DNA of 64,000 bases, from positions 114,430 to 178,429 of IMG/VR virus record IMGVR_UViG_3300012953_000001. The stretch is one strand, 5' to 3'. The notes under the pieces are model-generated. The model had not been told where the DNA came from, did no database searches, and worked only from the letters and a program-made list of their open reading frames with translations. Position numbers and translations under genes: made by a program. Shown in pieces: positions 28,965-38,496 of the stretch. Origin of the DNA: a virus. Within the stretch, counting starts at the first letter, position 1. Each line of letters opens with the position of its first letter.

Positions 28965-29540
28965 ATGAAGTTTGGAATTAGCTCTATTTGTTCCGCATTT
29001 GGTAATAACGTAATCGGTACCCGGGTTATGGGCCAGGGTGACTTTCTCGCTGTACTTGACGAAGCCGTCCAAGCACACGACTCATCCAACGACCGTGTGA
29101 AGGGTCAACACTTCGTACAACTACCTGAGTCCGCAGTGGGCATGGTGTCCGCAGGTGTTGGTCGTGTCGAAGGGCAACCTGTTGAGCACTTCGTTGTGCG
29201 AGAGCACCGTGGAGAGGTCAATGCTTATCTGCACCGAGCGCATGCCGCTGAGGCAGATGGTGTGGCCGCTGTTGTGTACACCTTGGATGCCTACAAGGCT
29301 GATCCCGAGGTAGACATGTCATCGGAAAATTTCGATGATGACGTAAGTCATGTTATCGTCGCAGTCCTGGCTTTTGCTGGTCCTCAGTCACCGCTCACTA
29401 CGTGGCGCTTTGTATCCAACCTCGCTGGTGGGAACAAAGAAGCGTTGGAGTGGAACGCTGATGAGATCCGAAGTCGTGCAGAAACAATCAAGAACTACTG
29501 GTCAGAATGGCGAGTGGTTGCTGATCACTACGAGGCATAG
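28965..29540 (+). CDS. conserved hypothetical protein
   Basis: 191 aa, AAGGAGG SD. Confidence 0.7.
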   Translation: MKFGISSICSAFGNNVIGTRVMGQGDFLAVLDEAVQAHDSSNDRVKGQHFVQLPESAVGMVSAGVGRVEGQPVEHFVVREHRGEVNAYLHRAHAAEADGVAAVVYTLDAYKADPEVDMSSENFDDDVSHVIVAVLAFAGPQSPLTTWRFVSNLAGGNKEALEWNADEIRSRAETIKNYWSEWRVVADHYEA

Positions 29541-29543
29541 AAA

Positions 29544-29663
29544 ATGAAAGAACTTTTAGAGCTTTATCGAGAAGACCCTAAAACGTTTTGGCAAGAACTA
29601 GGTGGCGCTTGCCTCCTCACAGTAGGGATGTACGTCTTCACTGTGTTGATGTTCTGTATGTAA
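29544..29663 (+). CDS. 39-aa membrane peptide
   Basis: Hand-translated MKELLELYREDPKTFWQELGGACLLTVGMYVFTVLMFCM. Confidence 0.5.
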   Translation: MKELLELYREDPKTFWQELGGACLLTVGMYVFTVLMFCM

Positions 29664-29695
29664 AAGTTCGGGGGAGAAATCCCCCGACTTTTTTT
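29662..29695. terminator. bidirectional terminator
   Basis: TCGGGGG/CCCCCGA hairpin flanked by AAAA and TTTTTTT between convergent genes. Confidence 0.75.
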
Positions 29696-30674
29696 AGCCA
29701 TCACTCAAAACTAACTTAGCTTTTATGCGTTTAAGTAGATCCGGTAAGAGCTTCTCTGCGGCCTCCACACCTGCCTTGTAGAAGGCAATTGCTTCCGAGT
29801 GTTCATAGTGGAACTGCGTAGTGTAGTCTGCCCACTTATCTGGTGCGGGGGCGTACACAATCTCCAAGTCCAGACCCGCGTCATAAACATCCTCAATGTC
29901 TTCATGAACATTAGAGGTGATAGCCGCCATGCAACCGCGAGCTACAATCTTATGGAACGGCTCTTTCTCCACCCCAGGATTATGTCCAGGGCTTGGATCA
30001 TCTAGAATGATACCGATGATCAAGGGATTCCTCTTTTTAAGCTCAGGCACACCCAACACAAAATCTGCTGGGAAGTACGAGGCCAGTCCTCCATCCACCA
30101 ACATGTCTTTCCCAAAACGATGTTCATCAGGGAAGACATCCTTGATGTAGTCTGGGTAGTCATTCTCGTCAAAGGGGAAGGGGGTGAAAACCGCAGGTAT
30201 GCAGCAACTGCCAATACAAAACTTCTTCCAAGCTTCTGGAGACATGTCTTGGAGATTGCACACGACTTCCTTACCTTGGGTGAGGGAGAAGGCGTTCACA
30301 TAACAAGGCTTACTCAAGGGCTTGGGAAAGAAGTTCGGCTTATTGATGGCTTTCTTAAAAACTTTGGGAGAGCTTATAATCCCGCCATCCTTTAGCATGT
30401 AGTACACGTGGCTTATCACGCGACAAATGCTCCCGCCGATCCTGGCGTGGCGAGACAAGTTATCCTTCTTATCAAAGATAGTAAGCTCTTTGAAGTCCAC
30501 GTCGGAGGCAAGCCATGCGCTAACGATTGCCCCCGCAGAGTCCCCTGCATAAGCAGCGATCTCAATACCCTCATCCTCCAGCGCCTTCTTGATTACACCA
30601 GCAACCGCGCTCAGGTAAGGAAGCCTGCCTCCAGCACCACTCAAGACTAAACAGGTAGGTCTATCACTCAGCAT
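29694..30674 (-). CDS. patatin-like phospholipase
   Basis: SGAGGR, GDSAG (GxSxG) and DGG catalytic motifs. Confidence 0.85.
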   Translation of the reverse strand: MLSDRPTCLVLSGAGGRLPYLSAVAGVIKKALEDEGIEIAAYAGDSAGAIVSAWLASDVDFKELTIFDKKDNLSRHARIGGSICRVISHVYYMLKDGGIISSPKVFKKAINKPNFFPKPLSKPCYVNAFSLTQGKEVVCNLQDMSPEAWKKFCIGSCCIPAVFTPFPFDENDYPDYIKDVFPDEHRFGKDMLVDGGLASYFPADFVLGVPELKKRNPLIIGIILDDPSPGHNPGVEKEPFHKIVARGCMAAITSNVHEDIEDVYDAGLDLEIVYAPAPDKWADYTTQFHYEHSEAIAFYKAGVEAAEKLLPDLLKRIKAKLVLSDG

Positions 30675-30906
30675 CGTCCACTATCCGCAAGTTCCATGGC
30701 CAGTACCACGTCGAAATACCATCGGGGGTTTTAACATATACACGGTAAGCAAGATTATACAGATAACCACACAAGTCTGTAACAACAAACTGTTCGCCAA
30801 GAAAGTCGCCCTGAGTCACCTCAACAAGCTGCCCCACCTTGGGGTGAGAAACATCTACGCCCGAAAATCTTCCGGGGTACTTCCTAAGCTTGCGGTAATC
30901 AGCCAT
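30664..30906 (-). CDS. small KOW-like hypothetical protein
   Basis: VGQLVEVTQGDFLG pattern. Confidence 0.5.
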   Translation of the reverse strand: MADYRKLRKYPGRFSGVDVSHPKVGQLVEVTQGDFLGEQFVVTDLCGYLYNLAYRVYVKTPDGISTWYWPWNLRIVDDAE

Positions 30907-30969
30907 CCAAAACTCCTACATACAGTTGTATCAACTATATGTATTAGCGAGGAAGGCTCTAAAGTATTA

Positions 30970-31257
30970 CTAACTAATTTTCGAACGAACTTCTAGGATA
31001 TGGACTTCTGCGATTGCCAACCTTTCTCTAAAGTTATCCTGCTCTGCCATGGCCTCTTTTAGAAGGCTCTGTTGCATAACAATCATCTCTTTAAGGTTGG
31101 CAGTTTGCTCCTCGGCGCGAACGGCAGTAGCTCTCAGTTCACCAGCTAGTCCCTGTATCTTGGTCGAAAGAAACCAAATCGCAGGGATAATGGAGGCGGT
31201 TACACTGAGCACAATAGAAAGAATCTGCGCCCAATCAGATGTTCCAGACATATTCAC
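30970..31257 (-). CDS. membrane-anchored coiled-coil protein (holin-like, unproven)
   Basis: N-terminal TM helix plus heptads. Confidence 0.5.
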   Translation of the reverse strand: MNMSGTSDWAQILSIVLSVTASIIPAIWFLSTKIQGLAGELRATAVRAEEQTANLKEMIVMQQSLLKEAMAEQDNFRERLAIAEVHILEVRSKIS

Positions 31258-31313
31258 CTCTCATGCTAATTCCTAAGAGGCGACGACGCCCCGATCTTCT
31301 TACCCTATTATAA

Positions 31314-31754
31314 CTAACCTTGTTGCTCTGACGAAGTCGCAGAATTTTCTTTTTCCTCATTTTCAGCCATCGCCGCTTCTTGTGCTGCGCTGTACTTATC
31401 GGCTTCTTCTTTAACCTGCCAGAATGTAAGCAAGTCTTCGTTTTTCATCAAGCCTTCTTGCGCAGCCATGAATTTAGGCCAATCCATGATCTCTTTGTCA
31501 AAGCAAATCTTAAACAAAGAAAACAAATGCGTCTCTAAGCGATTGATCGCCTGACCCGCCATCTGGTAGCCCCTGAGAAGCTCGCTGATGTAGCGCTCCG
31601 CAATGACCAAGCGCTCCTCAGCAGACTGCTCTTGCTGTGCTGGGGGAAGCCCAACAAACTCCGGTGGGAGCGGACTCCTATTTGCTTGATTTACTTCCTC
31701 TGGACTTCCTGGGTGTGGATTTCCGGACTGGTGATTTACGTTTTGGTTTTCCAT
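31314..31754 (-). CDS. hypothetical protein
   Basis: 146 aa, GGAGG SD. Confidence 0.6.
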   Translation of the reverse strand: MENQNVNHQSGNPHPGSPEEVNQANRSPLPPEFVGLPPAQQEQSAEERLVIAERYISELLRGYQMAGQAINRLETHLFSLFKICFDKEIMDWPKFMAAQEGLMKNEDLLTFWQVKEEADKYSAAQEAAMAENEEKENSATSSEQQG

Positions 31755-32016
31755 CTGTTGCCTCCATCGCGTTTAGCGATTTTAATGCGCCTTCTTCTGA
31801 AGACTTTAGTTTTTGTATTTCGCCCAATATGCATTCAATTGCCTCATAAGAGACTGTTGAATCAAGGCATCTAACTTCGTCACTTACCATCAATGTCTCG
31901 GGCGCACCGCCCGTATCGTTTGGGAGGTAGTCGCCAAGGTACACCTCAATGTCGCTGTATACCTCTAACTTATGTTGGGATAGTGTTATCCTAGCTAATA
32001 CCTCTTCAATCTTCAT
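31678..32016 (-). CDS. hypothetical protein
   Basis: 112 aa, TAATG coupling. Confidence 0.6.
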   Translation of the reverse strand: MKIEEVLARITLSQHKLEVYSDIEVYLGDYLPNDTGGAPETLMVSDEVRCLDSTVSYEAIECILGEIQKLKSSEEGALKSLNAMEATDGKPKRKSPVRKSTPRKSRGSKSSK

Positions 32017-32660
32017 TACGCCTCCAAAAGAGCCTTAAACCTCTTCACCAAATCGCCGCCGCCGACAGTATCAGTGATAATACTCTTAAGAGGGTAATAA
32101 ACGCAGTCCCTATCTCTAGCCTGTTCCAAGGTTCTTGTGTACTTCTTGAAATTCATATCTGCTTGAGAATTCAACATCTCTCGTGCTTTGTGATGTAAAT
32201 GATTCTCTTTAGTACGAACCATGTATACATCCGACAACCCCCCAAGAATTGTATAGAACTCTGCCATACGACCAGCAATCTTCCCAGTATCCATGTTAAA
32301 TCCGTAAGAGTCTGGCAGATTCTCCCTAATCTCAATAGTGCCGCAAAGCGGGCAAATGACGGGAGAAACAAACCAGTTCTCATACAGTGCTTGATACTTG
32401 TGCGGCCACTTATGCACATCGTCCATGTTCTCTTCCCCGATTTCATCAATCGAATTCGCGGGAAGACTGAACGAGTCGCTGAACAAGCCTTTACAACCGT
32501 TGGCAGGGCAAAACTTAAGTAGCTCGTCCGCCTTACCAAACTGACCGGCCTTCTTCCAAATGTGGAAGGACCCTAGTCTATTAGATGTCTTAGGCCTAAA
32601 GACAGTGCTGACCTGAATCACATAGTCAGCCACAACGGTATTTGGATCAATTAACGACAT
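32016..32660 (-). CDS. hypothetical protein with two CxxC-type pairs
   Basis: CPANGC and CPLCG. Confidence 0.6.
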   Translation of the reverse strand: MSLIDPNTVVADYVIQVSTVFRPKTSNRLGSFHIWKKAGQFGKADELLKFCPANGCKGLFSDSFSLPANSIDEIGEENMDDVHKWPHKYQALYENWFVSPVICPLCGTIEIRENLPDSYGFNMDTGKIAGRMAEFYTILGGLSDVYMVRTKENHLHHKAREMLNSQADMNFKKYTRTLEQARDRDCVYYPLKSIITDTVGGGDLVKRFKALLEA

Positions 32661-32675
32661 TTATTCTTACCAAAG

Positions 32676-33146
32676 TTATCTAAGGGACTTAACCCGTTCC
32701 TGCATCTTATCCTCAAAGCCAGAGCCTTTAATAAAAGGAAGAGGAACTTCGATCATCCCTGGTTCATCCTTACCGGCAACTGAAGCAGACGGACTTAGGT
32801 TGGTATGGATTCCCAAAAGAAGCTGTCGAATATCCTGCACAGTCTTATCGAGTTCTTCGGACTCGAAAATAAGTACCCAGCCAAATACCACACGGCCCTT
32901 ACTTAAGAAATACTTCTTACCAACAAAGGAGTACCAGCCGCCTTCATTCTCCAAGAAATCACCTAAGACCTTGAGCCAATACTCTTCGTCTAAGACGCGG
33001 CACAAGAACCTAATGTCCCCTCCGCGACTAGACGCGCTAACAACTTCAATGCAGCCACCAAGCGCCTCAAGTGTTTCTTTCATTTCAAGTTGCAGCTTCT
33101 CAAGAGATGCTGCTGGTTTCTTTGGCTTGTTTTTGCCCTGTGCCAT
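32676..33146 (-). CDS. hypothetical protein
   Basis: 156 aa in an operon. Confidence 0.6.
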   Translation of the reverse strand: MAQGKNKPKKPAASLEKLQLEMKETLEALGGCIEVVSASSRGGDIRFLCRVLDEEYWLKVLGDFLENEGGWYSFVGKKYFLSKGRVVFGWVLIFESEELDKTVQDIRQLLLGIHTNLSPSASVAGKDEPGMIEVPLPFIKGSGFEDKMQERVKSLR

Positions 33147-33157
33147 CTTTCGACTCC

Positions 33158-33715
33158 TTACGTTACTATTTTGAGACCAAAATTGATCTCTGTTTTTGTG
33201 CTATTTTTAGCCTCTGCCCCCAAAAGGACCACAACGTCCTCGGCCAAAGACTCCACCTCTAAAAGATTAATACCAATAAAATTGTAGCTAGAGCTTCCAT
33301 CTAAGTTTTCCTGTCTCGGTAACATTACGACCGAAGGAAGACCCACCCAATCACGAAAGTATTTAACAGACCCAACAAACAGATGGCTGGCGTACAGATT
33401 TCGTTGACCAAGAAGAATCATGGCCTCAACCAGAGCTTCTCTAGCGGACTTTGTGCTTGAGAACTCTTCTAGCTCCACCCTGGAAAGAACGACATCTGCA
33501 TCGTCCTCTGGGTCGCCTATCCGCAAAGAGTCAGAGATTGCTTTATACCAAGCAACCTCAATAGGCCTACCAGTCTTTAGGCTAATTGACTGTACGTAAG
33601 GTTTAGATAAAACCCTTTTAAGTACCGTCAGTATACCCTCGACGTTAGGAGGCATATCAATCTCTTCGACCGATAGCATTAGCGAAGAGTCTTTTGCTTC
33701 GCCCGCACTGCTCAT
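33158..33715 (-). CDS. hypothetical protein
   Basis: 185 aa, ATGA overlap. Confidence 0.6.
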   Translation of the reverse strand: MSSAGEAKDSSLMLSVEEIDMPPNVEGILTVLKRVLSKPYVQSISLKTGRPIEVAWYKAISDSLRIGDPEDDADVVLSRVELEEFSSTKSAREALVEAMILLGQRNLYASHLFVGSVKYFRDWVGLPSVVMLPRQENLDGSSSYNFIGINLLEVESLAEDVVVLLGAEAKNSTKTEINFGLKIVT

Positions 33716-34326
33716 ATTTGCTCCACTTTTACAGATTGCTCGGACTTGCGTCTGATGTACTCCAGATACTGGATTATAATCTCGGTCATAGTGGTGTCGT
33801 TTTTAGCTGCGTAAAGCTTCAACCACTTATGGAGATCTCCAGATATCCGAATCTGCATCATCTTTTTTTCAGACAACATAGCTTCTGATACCTCCTCTAT
33901 TGATCCTAGAAAACAGATCTCTCGATCTAACGTGCCAAGGTAGCGACTCCCGTACAGGAACACCTGACACAACCATTGTCTGCTCTTTGGATTTGGTAAA
34001 TTCCCAGTTATTAACTCTAATATTTCTCTCGCTGGGTACGTGGGCGGAAACCTCCCGTGACCAAAACGAAGACCCTCTCTGACCTGATTCGTCGCTTTTA
34101 GCAACTCCTTGGCCACACGAGAGTCCTTGTGCGCCTCGTCCCCCACTCCACGCTTCGCGGTTATACGAATTCTCGGTGGTTTGGTTGATCGACAACGCTT
34201 GCAAGGCTTCTCCTTGGGAGTCCGTTTTCTTCGCGGTGTACCGCATACTGCACATACCCAATACTCGTTAAAATTGCGGTGTTTCGTCAGTCTCGCCTGA
34301 GACAGCCGTCTTTTTGACATGAGCAT
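33712..34326 (-). CDS. zinc-ribbon + ribbon-helix-helix DNA-binding protein
   Basis: CAVC..CKRC; C-terminal MQIRISGDLHKWLKLYAAKNDTTMTEII is RHH-like. Confidence 0.6.
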   Translation of the reverse strand: MLMSKRRLSQARLTKHRNFNEYWVCAVCGTPRRKRTPKEKPCKRCRSTKPPRIRITAKRGVGDEAHKDSRVAKELLKATNQVREGLRFGHGRFPPTYPAREILELITGNLPNPKSRQWLCQVFLYGSRYLGTLDREICFLGSIEEVSEAMLSEKKMMQIRISGDLHKWLKLYAAKNDTTMTEIIIQYLEYIRRKSEQSVKVEQI

Positions 34327-34615
34327 CCCCCACGCCTAGTTGATCTGCAAACGCTCGAACATCACCTTCAGCTTGCCTAGCAGCAATAGAATCCTGCTGC
34401 ATCGTGGCAATATTTTCTGGTGCCTCTGGTGCGCCTCCTGCTTCAAGATGCGAGTACAGCACTCCAGCCTGCTCGTCAGAAATAGGAAGAGCGAAATCGT
34501 TCCCGTTAGCCAGATTAAGAAGAATCAGTTCTGTTGTAGAGGTTTCTCCATCAAATAATACTGTAGACGAAACTCCGATAATTAGGAGTCCGCTGGTAAT
34601 CGGTTCTTCAGTCAT
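34268..34615 (-). CDS. hypothetical protein
   Basis: 115 aa, GAGGTG SD. Confidence 0.55.
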   Translation of the reverse strand: MTEEPITSGLLIIGVSSTVLFDGETSTTELILLNLANGNDFALPISDEQAGVLYSHLEAGGAPEAPENIATMQQDSIAARQAEGDVRAFADQLGVGDAHVKKTAVSGETDETPQF

Positions 34616-34952
34616 CTTTCACCTCGTATTTTTCCTTATTGGTCATCTGCTGCACCACAATCGGTCCTTGTCGGAATGCTTCTTCCAATAGCTCGGTTGT
34701 CTGATCCTTGTATTGACGCCCGGTCGCTTCAATGTATGGATACATGGCATGTTTATAGGACTCGAACATCTCATGTCTCTTATCAGACCCCTCTGCGTGC
34801 ATAGACGCGAGTGAGAGGTAGTACCGCTGCTCCTGACGATACCGCTGAACAAGTATACAAAGAGCCTCCTGTAAGCTTCCGGGTCGGGGTGGAGATGCGA
34901 TCCTGTCGTAAAACAAATTGGCTCGCGCCCAGCCTAGAGGAGACTCTACCCA
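34608..34952 (-). CDS. -1 frame extension of tail-assembly-chaperone-like protein
   Basis: The frame is open from just before the slippery A-AAA-AAT, with no ATG or SD ahead of TTG 34916; it reads WVESPLGWARANLFYD. Confidence 0.6.
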   Translation of the reverse strand, partial: WVESPLGWARANLFYDRIASPPRPGSLQEALCILVQRYRQEQRYYLSLASMHAEGSDKRHEMFESYKHAMYPYIEATGRQYKDQTTELLEEAFRQGPIVVQQMTNKEKYEVKDD

Positions 34953-35656
34953 TTTTTTAGTTTCTCAAAGTCATCGGAGTACAGGCGGTCAACTCTGTCA
35001 TTGAACCAGTGAAGGTGGATCAAAAGAAGCTCAACCAACTTCTCACCCATGTTCATGATCTTTTTGTACTTCTCATTGAACAGGTCCATGTCAATGTCGT
35101 CGCCCTTGCCGACAAGAGGAAGCTCCTTCCCGTTAACGGACTCCAACGACAACGCCAATCGCGCATAACCCATCCAACTACGAATGCCCCAGTCGGTCGT
35201 GGCTTGGTTCTCAGCGTTCCTTTCGATCCAAAAATTCTCAGATGCTAAAAGGGACCTGTACCTAGTAGTAAGCTTCCTCTCCAAGATAGGAACCGTCTGG
35301 TTAACTCGCCCTGTCAAAACAAGGTCTGAGAAATCCATAGGAGAACACTTCTTCTCAATCGCCTTTCGGATTTCTGGGTTGTCTGACGGTGTGTTCCGAT
35401 AAAACACGGGGTCCGTAGAAGTGCCAATGCCTGCGAGGACCTCTTCGTCCACCTCGATCTCTTCTTTGTGGAGCTTCTCAGCTTCAACCTCTTCTTCGTG
35501 CATGGTCTGCACATCTTGCTCGTACTCGCGAAGTTGTTTCGCGAGATCCGGGCTCATAGTCGGCTTCTCTTCCTCAGCCACTACTGCTGGGGCCTCCTGC
35601 TCATCCTCAAGCCTTTTTTTGATCTTAGAAAGATCTGGTTTCATACCGCTGCTCAT
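34946..35656 (-). CDS. tail assembly chaperone-like protein (short form)
   Basis: 236 aa acidic protein ending CTA AAA AAT GGG TAG; G/GT-like two-frame layout. Confidence 0.55.
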   Translation of the reverse strand: MSSGMKPDLSKIKKRLEDEQEAPAVVAEEEKPTMSPDLAKQLREYEQDVQTMHEEEVEAEKLHKEEIEVDEEVLAGIGTSTDPVFYRNTPSDNPEIRKAIEKKCSPMDFSDLVLTGRVNQTVPILERKLTTRYRSLLASENFWIERNAENQATTDWGIRSWMGYARLALSLESVNGKELPLVGKGDDIDMDLFNEKYKKIMNMGEKLVELLLIHLHWFNDRVDRLYSDDFEKLKNG

Positions 35657-36504
35657 TGTCCCGCTTCCTCCATCACTCGGTCAAAAGGAAAGCCCGCTAT
35701 GTCCCACTTTCTTTTTGTAATATGTAGGTGAGACATGTGGCCCTCAAAATTCCAAGGTTCATCGATAACTGTTGTTGAATCCGGATGCACTAATGGAATA
35801 CCGAATTCCTTATATATGAAATTACTTAAATCTATACAAGTCTGTATTTGTGTTTCATACAGGCCCAAAAATGTAGGGGTGCTGTTGTGCACCTTTGCTG
35901 TCCATACAGGGCGCTCGCCCCAGCGCTTCGCATAATACTTTTGGTATTTCATGTAAACAGCATTCGAGATTTCAAATCCTAGGGAGACCTTATTCATCTT
36001 CCGGTCTCCCGCGTGCCATCCAACATGGTCTTTGAAATCAAGGTGTTGCAGAAGAGTCCCATCATTATCAATACTACCGTGACAAGATATACCACGCTTC
36101 TTAAGGATCTTATAGCAAGACTCCGCGCTAAGCGCAGCATCCCAATGCCAAACCACAGAAATAGGGTCTTTCCTTCGAGTCGAATGCCCAGCACCAATCA
36201 GCGAGTAAGCAGAATCAGGTGTGCAAGGAATGCTCTTAAACGGAACAGGCTTCAAGACACCACCAACAGTAATAAACCCTTTGGCATCTGGATAACGCTC
36301 ATGCGCGATAAACTCCGCCTGGGTCTGTAAGCGTCTCCATGTATTAGGTCCGCACTTCCCGTCAACCGCTAAATCCTGTTCTCTCTGAAACTCAGCTACA
36401 GCCTCTGTGATTTCCGTAAACGTGGCACTCTCTGATAGTCCAAGGTGCTCCCTGGTCCAACCGAGTTTGGTCATACTCCTAATGTTATACTCTTCAGCAG
36501 TCAT
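35653..36504 (-). CDS. PG-binding + N-acetylmuramoyl-L-alanine amidase (Amidase_2) endolysin
   Basis: FQREQDLAVDGKCGPNTW; VVWHWD, WHAG..N..SLGFEI, GH..H. Confidence 0.85.
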   Translation of the reverse strand: MTAEEYNIRSMTKLGWTREHLGLSESATFTEITEAVAEFQREQDLAVDGKCGPNTWRRLQTQAEFIAHERYPDAKGFITVGGVLKPVPFKSIPCTPDSAYSLIGAGHSTRRKDPISVVWHWDAALSAESCYKILKKRGISCHGSIDNDGTLLQHLDFKDHVGWHAGDRKMNKVSLGFEISNAVYMKYQKYYAKRWGERPVWTAKVHNSTPTFLGLYETQIQTCIDLSNFIYKEFGIPLVHPDSTTVIDEPWNFEGHMSHLHITKRKWDIAGFPFDRVMEEAGQ

Positions 36505-36770
36505 TTACTTGTTGCTCCCTTAAGCCTCTTGTCCTCGACAAACCGGCCATGTGTAGTCTTTCGGCACCCTTCACAACTGAAGGAGTCCCACCTCTGCTTT
36601 GAGGCAAAAGACAGACAAGCCTCATAGTTAACACAATCCATGTGCCTAGGTATGATATTGTCTTCTGGATAGAGCCTAAATGGCCCCACCGCGTTTTCCC
36701 GGTCGTGGCGCAAAGACCGTTCCCGGGCGACATGATCCCAAAGATTCCACTGCTCATTTGCTAGAACCAT
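36501..36770 (-). CDS. small Cys-rich hypothetical protein
   Basis: DCVNYEACL..SCEGC. Confidence 0.55.
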   Translation of the reverse strand: MVLANEQWNLWDHVARERSLRHDRENAVGPFRLYPEDNIIPRHMDCVNYEACLSFASKQRWDSFSCEGCRKTTHGRFVEDKRLKGATSK

Positions 36771-37320
36771 AACTCCCCCCTGAAATACTGTTCATCAGTG
36801 AGTTATATCTAACCAAAAATTCCTTCTCTGCACTAGACGGAAGTAGTGGGCAGAAAGGGTAATCTGGTTTTTTAACAAAAGGTTCTAGAAACTTAAACTC
36901 CTGCTCCAGAGCTTTCTTGTCCGCGTGACGTACTGCGTCAGGAAAAGGGTATATAAGCGAAAACCTGCCAGCTATGCACTTTTCGACAGCGGTTTCGAAC
37001 TTCATATAACCGGGTAATAACTTCTTAAGCGGGCTTACAACGTCACCCAGATAAGCCTCAGCGGCGTCATGAAGCAGAGCCGTGAGCGCAAGCTTGGGGT
37101 CGTTATCCTCATTGGTCACAATGTCGGAAACCATGACGCTGTGCTCAGCAACCGAGTAGTGCTCCGTGATGTGCCCATTGAATCGGCACTGTAGAGAAAG
37201 AGCATGTGCGATGTCCTCAATGAACACCTCCTCTGGTCGAGGGTCCAAAAGGTAAAACCGGTTGCCTGTCCAGGTATGAACAAAGGGCCCGCGCTCGTTT
37301 TCAGTTGAAGAACTTTCCAT
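36754..37320 (-). CDS. HD-domain phosphohydrolase (YfbR-like 5'-deoxynucleotidase)
   Basis: DIAHALS..CRFNGH, YSVAEHS, LLHDAAEAYLGD; probable ATG 37320. Confidence 0.85.
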   Translation of the reverse strand: MESSSTENERGPFVHTWTGNRFYLLDPRPEEVFIEDIAHALSLQCRFNGHITEHYSVAEHSVMVSDIVTNEDNDPKLALTALLHDAAEAYLGDVVSPLKKLLPGYMKFETAVEKCIAGRFSLIYPFPDAVRHADKKALEQEFKFLEPFVKKPDYPFCPLLPSSAEKEFLVRYNSLMNSISGGSYGSSK

Positions 37321-37439
37321 ACACCCAAATCCTAGTTCGCTGTGTATATACCATATCAAACATTACAGCAAACATTAACCATATTTCAGTATAAGTAAAG
37401 TGTTAGAAACCATAACCACAAACCTATAGGAGGTGAATC

Positions 37440-38174
37440 GTGGGATTAGACTGGTGTGTGAAGGATAAAATTATCCCTGAAATGAAAGAATCTCTGTCTT
37501 TCTCGGATGTTCAAATCGACAGGGTTAAGGCCGAACTAGAAGTTCTTTGGTTGAACTTTGCAAAGGCTTCTGGTGACCCAACATGTATGACTGTTTTTCC
37601 GAATCAAGTGTACGACGACTTTACTGGAGACGCGGCGAATAAGCCACTTCTTGAAAAGTTAGACCACTGGCTAGAGGTTCGTGGCACCTGTGTGACCTCC
37701 CCTATGGAGACGCTGGGTGCGCCAAGAATTGGCTTCGATGAAGAAGCTACTTCTTATGCAAGAGACCAATATACCGAAGCCGTAAAAACTAACGAGAAGT
37801 TGCAGGCTAAGTATCCCTCCGTTGAGGAGTACTTGGAAGCAGAAAAGGGTCTCTACGTACCCCAGCTTGTTAAGTCAGAAGGCATCGCGTCCATCTCCGG
37901 TATTTTCGTTGGCGCTGAGTCCTTTAGGGGCAAGTGTATCGCTCGCATCGAATGGCTACCAGACTATGGTTTCCTGTTCGACTGCTACGAAGATCAATCT
38001 CCGGAAGAGTTAGTAAAAATGGGTAACAGTCTTGAAGAGGCGGCAGACCGTATTGAGGCTATTACCGATAATATTAACAAGGACTTAGAGGAAGAACTAG
38101 AAGTTGTTAGAGACGCATCGAAATGGTGCAAGTTTTGGGGCAGGCACGGACACGGAATGTCTGCTTGGTACTAG
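37440..38174 (+). CDS. hypothetical protein
   Basis: 244 aa, AGGAGG SD. Confidence 0.65.
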   Translation: MGLDWCVKDKIIPEMKESLSFSDVQIDRVKAELEVLWLNFAKASGDPTCMTVFPNQVYDDFTGDAANKPLLEKLDHWLEVRGTCVTSPMETLGAPRIGFDEEATSYARDQYTEAVKTNEKLQAKYPSVEEYLEAEKGLYVPQLVKSEGIASISGIFVGAESFRGKCIARIEWLPDYGFLFDCYEDQSPEELVKMGNSLEEAADRIEAITDNINKDLEEELEVVRDASKWCKFWGRHGHGMSAWY

Positions 38175-38187
38175 GAGGTACTTATTT

Positions 38188-38496
38188 ATGGAAGCTATAG
38201 AAGAGGAGGTAGTTCTCCCCAAATTTGATCTGGGCATGCTTGTAGCTACCCCAAATTTTGTAAGTAACGCTGAACGGCTTGGGCTTAACTATAATGAGGT
38301 AGTTGCTCGGGCGCTGAGGCGTCATACGATAGGTGACTGGGGCGATTGTTGTGAGGAAGACTCTCAGACAAACGATCAGGCACTGAAAGAAGGTTCCCGC
38401 CTACTTTCCGTTTATATGATGGAGGATACAAAGTTCTGGGTAATCACTGAGTGGGATCGCTCAGTAACAACAGTTCTTATGCCTGAGGATTACTAA
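38188..38496 (+). CDS. conserved plasmid/phage protein (GDWG..N..AL..G.RL.S.Y family)
   Basis: RHTIGDWGD..TNDQAL..RLLSVY..WVITEWDRSVTTVLMPEDY. Confidence 0.7.
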   Translation: MEAIEEEVVLPKFDLGMLVATPNFVSNAERLGLNYNEVVARALRRHTIGDWGDCCEEDSQTNDQALKEGSRLLSVYMMEDTKFWVITEWDRSVTTVLMPEDY

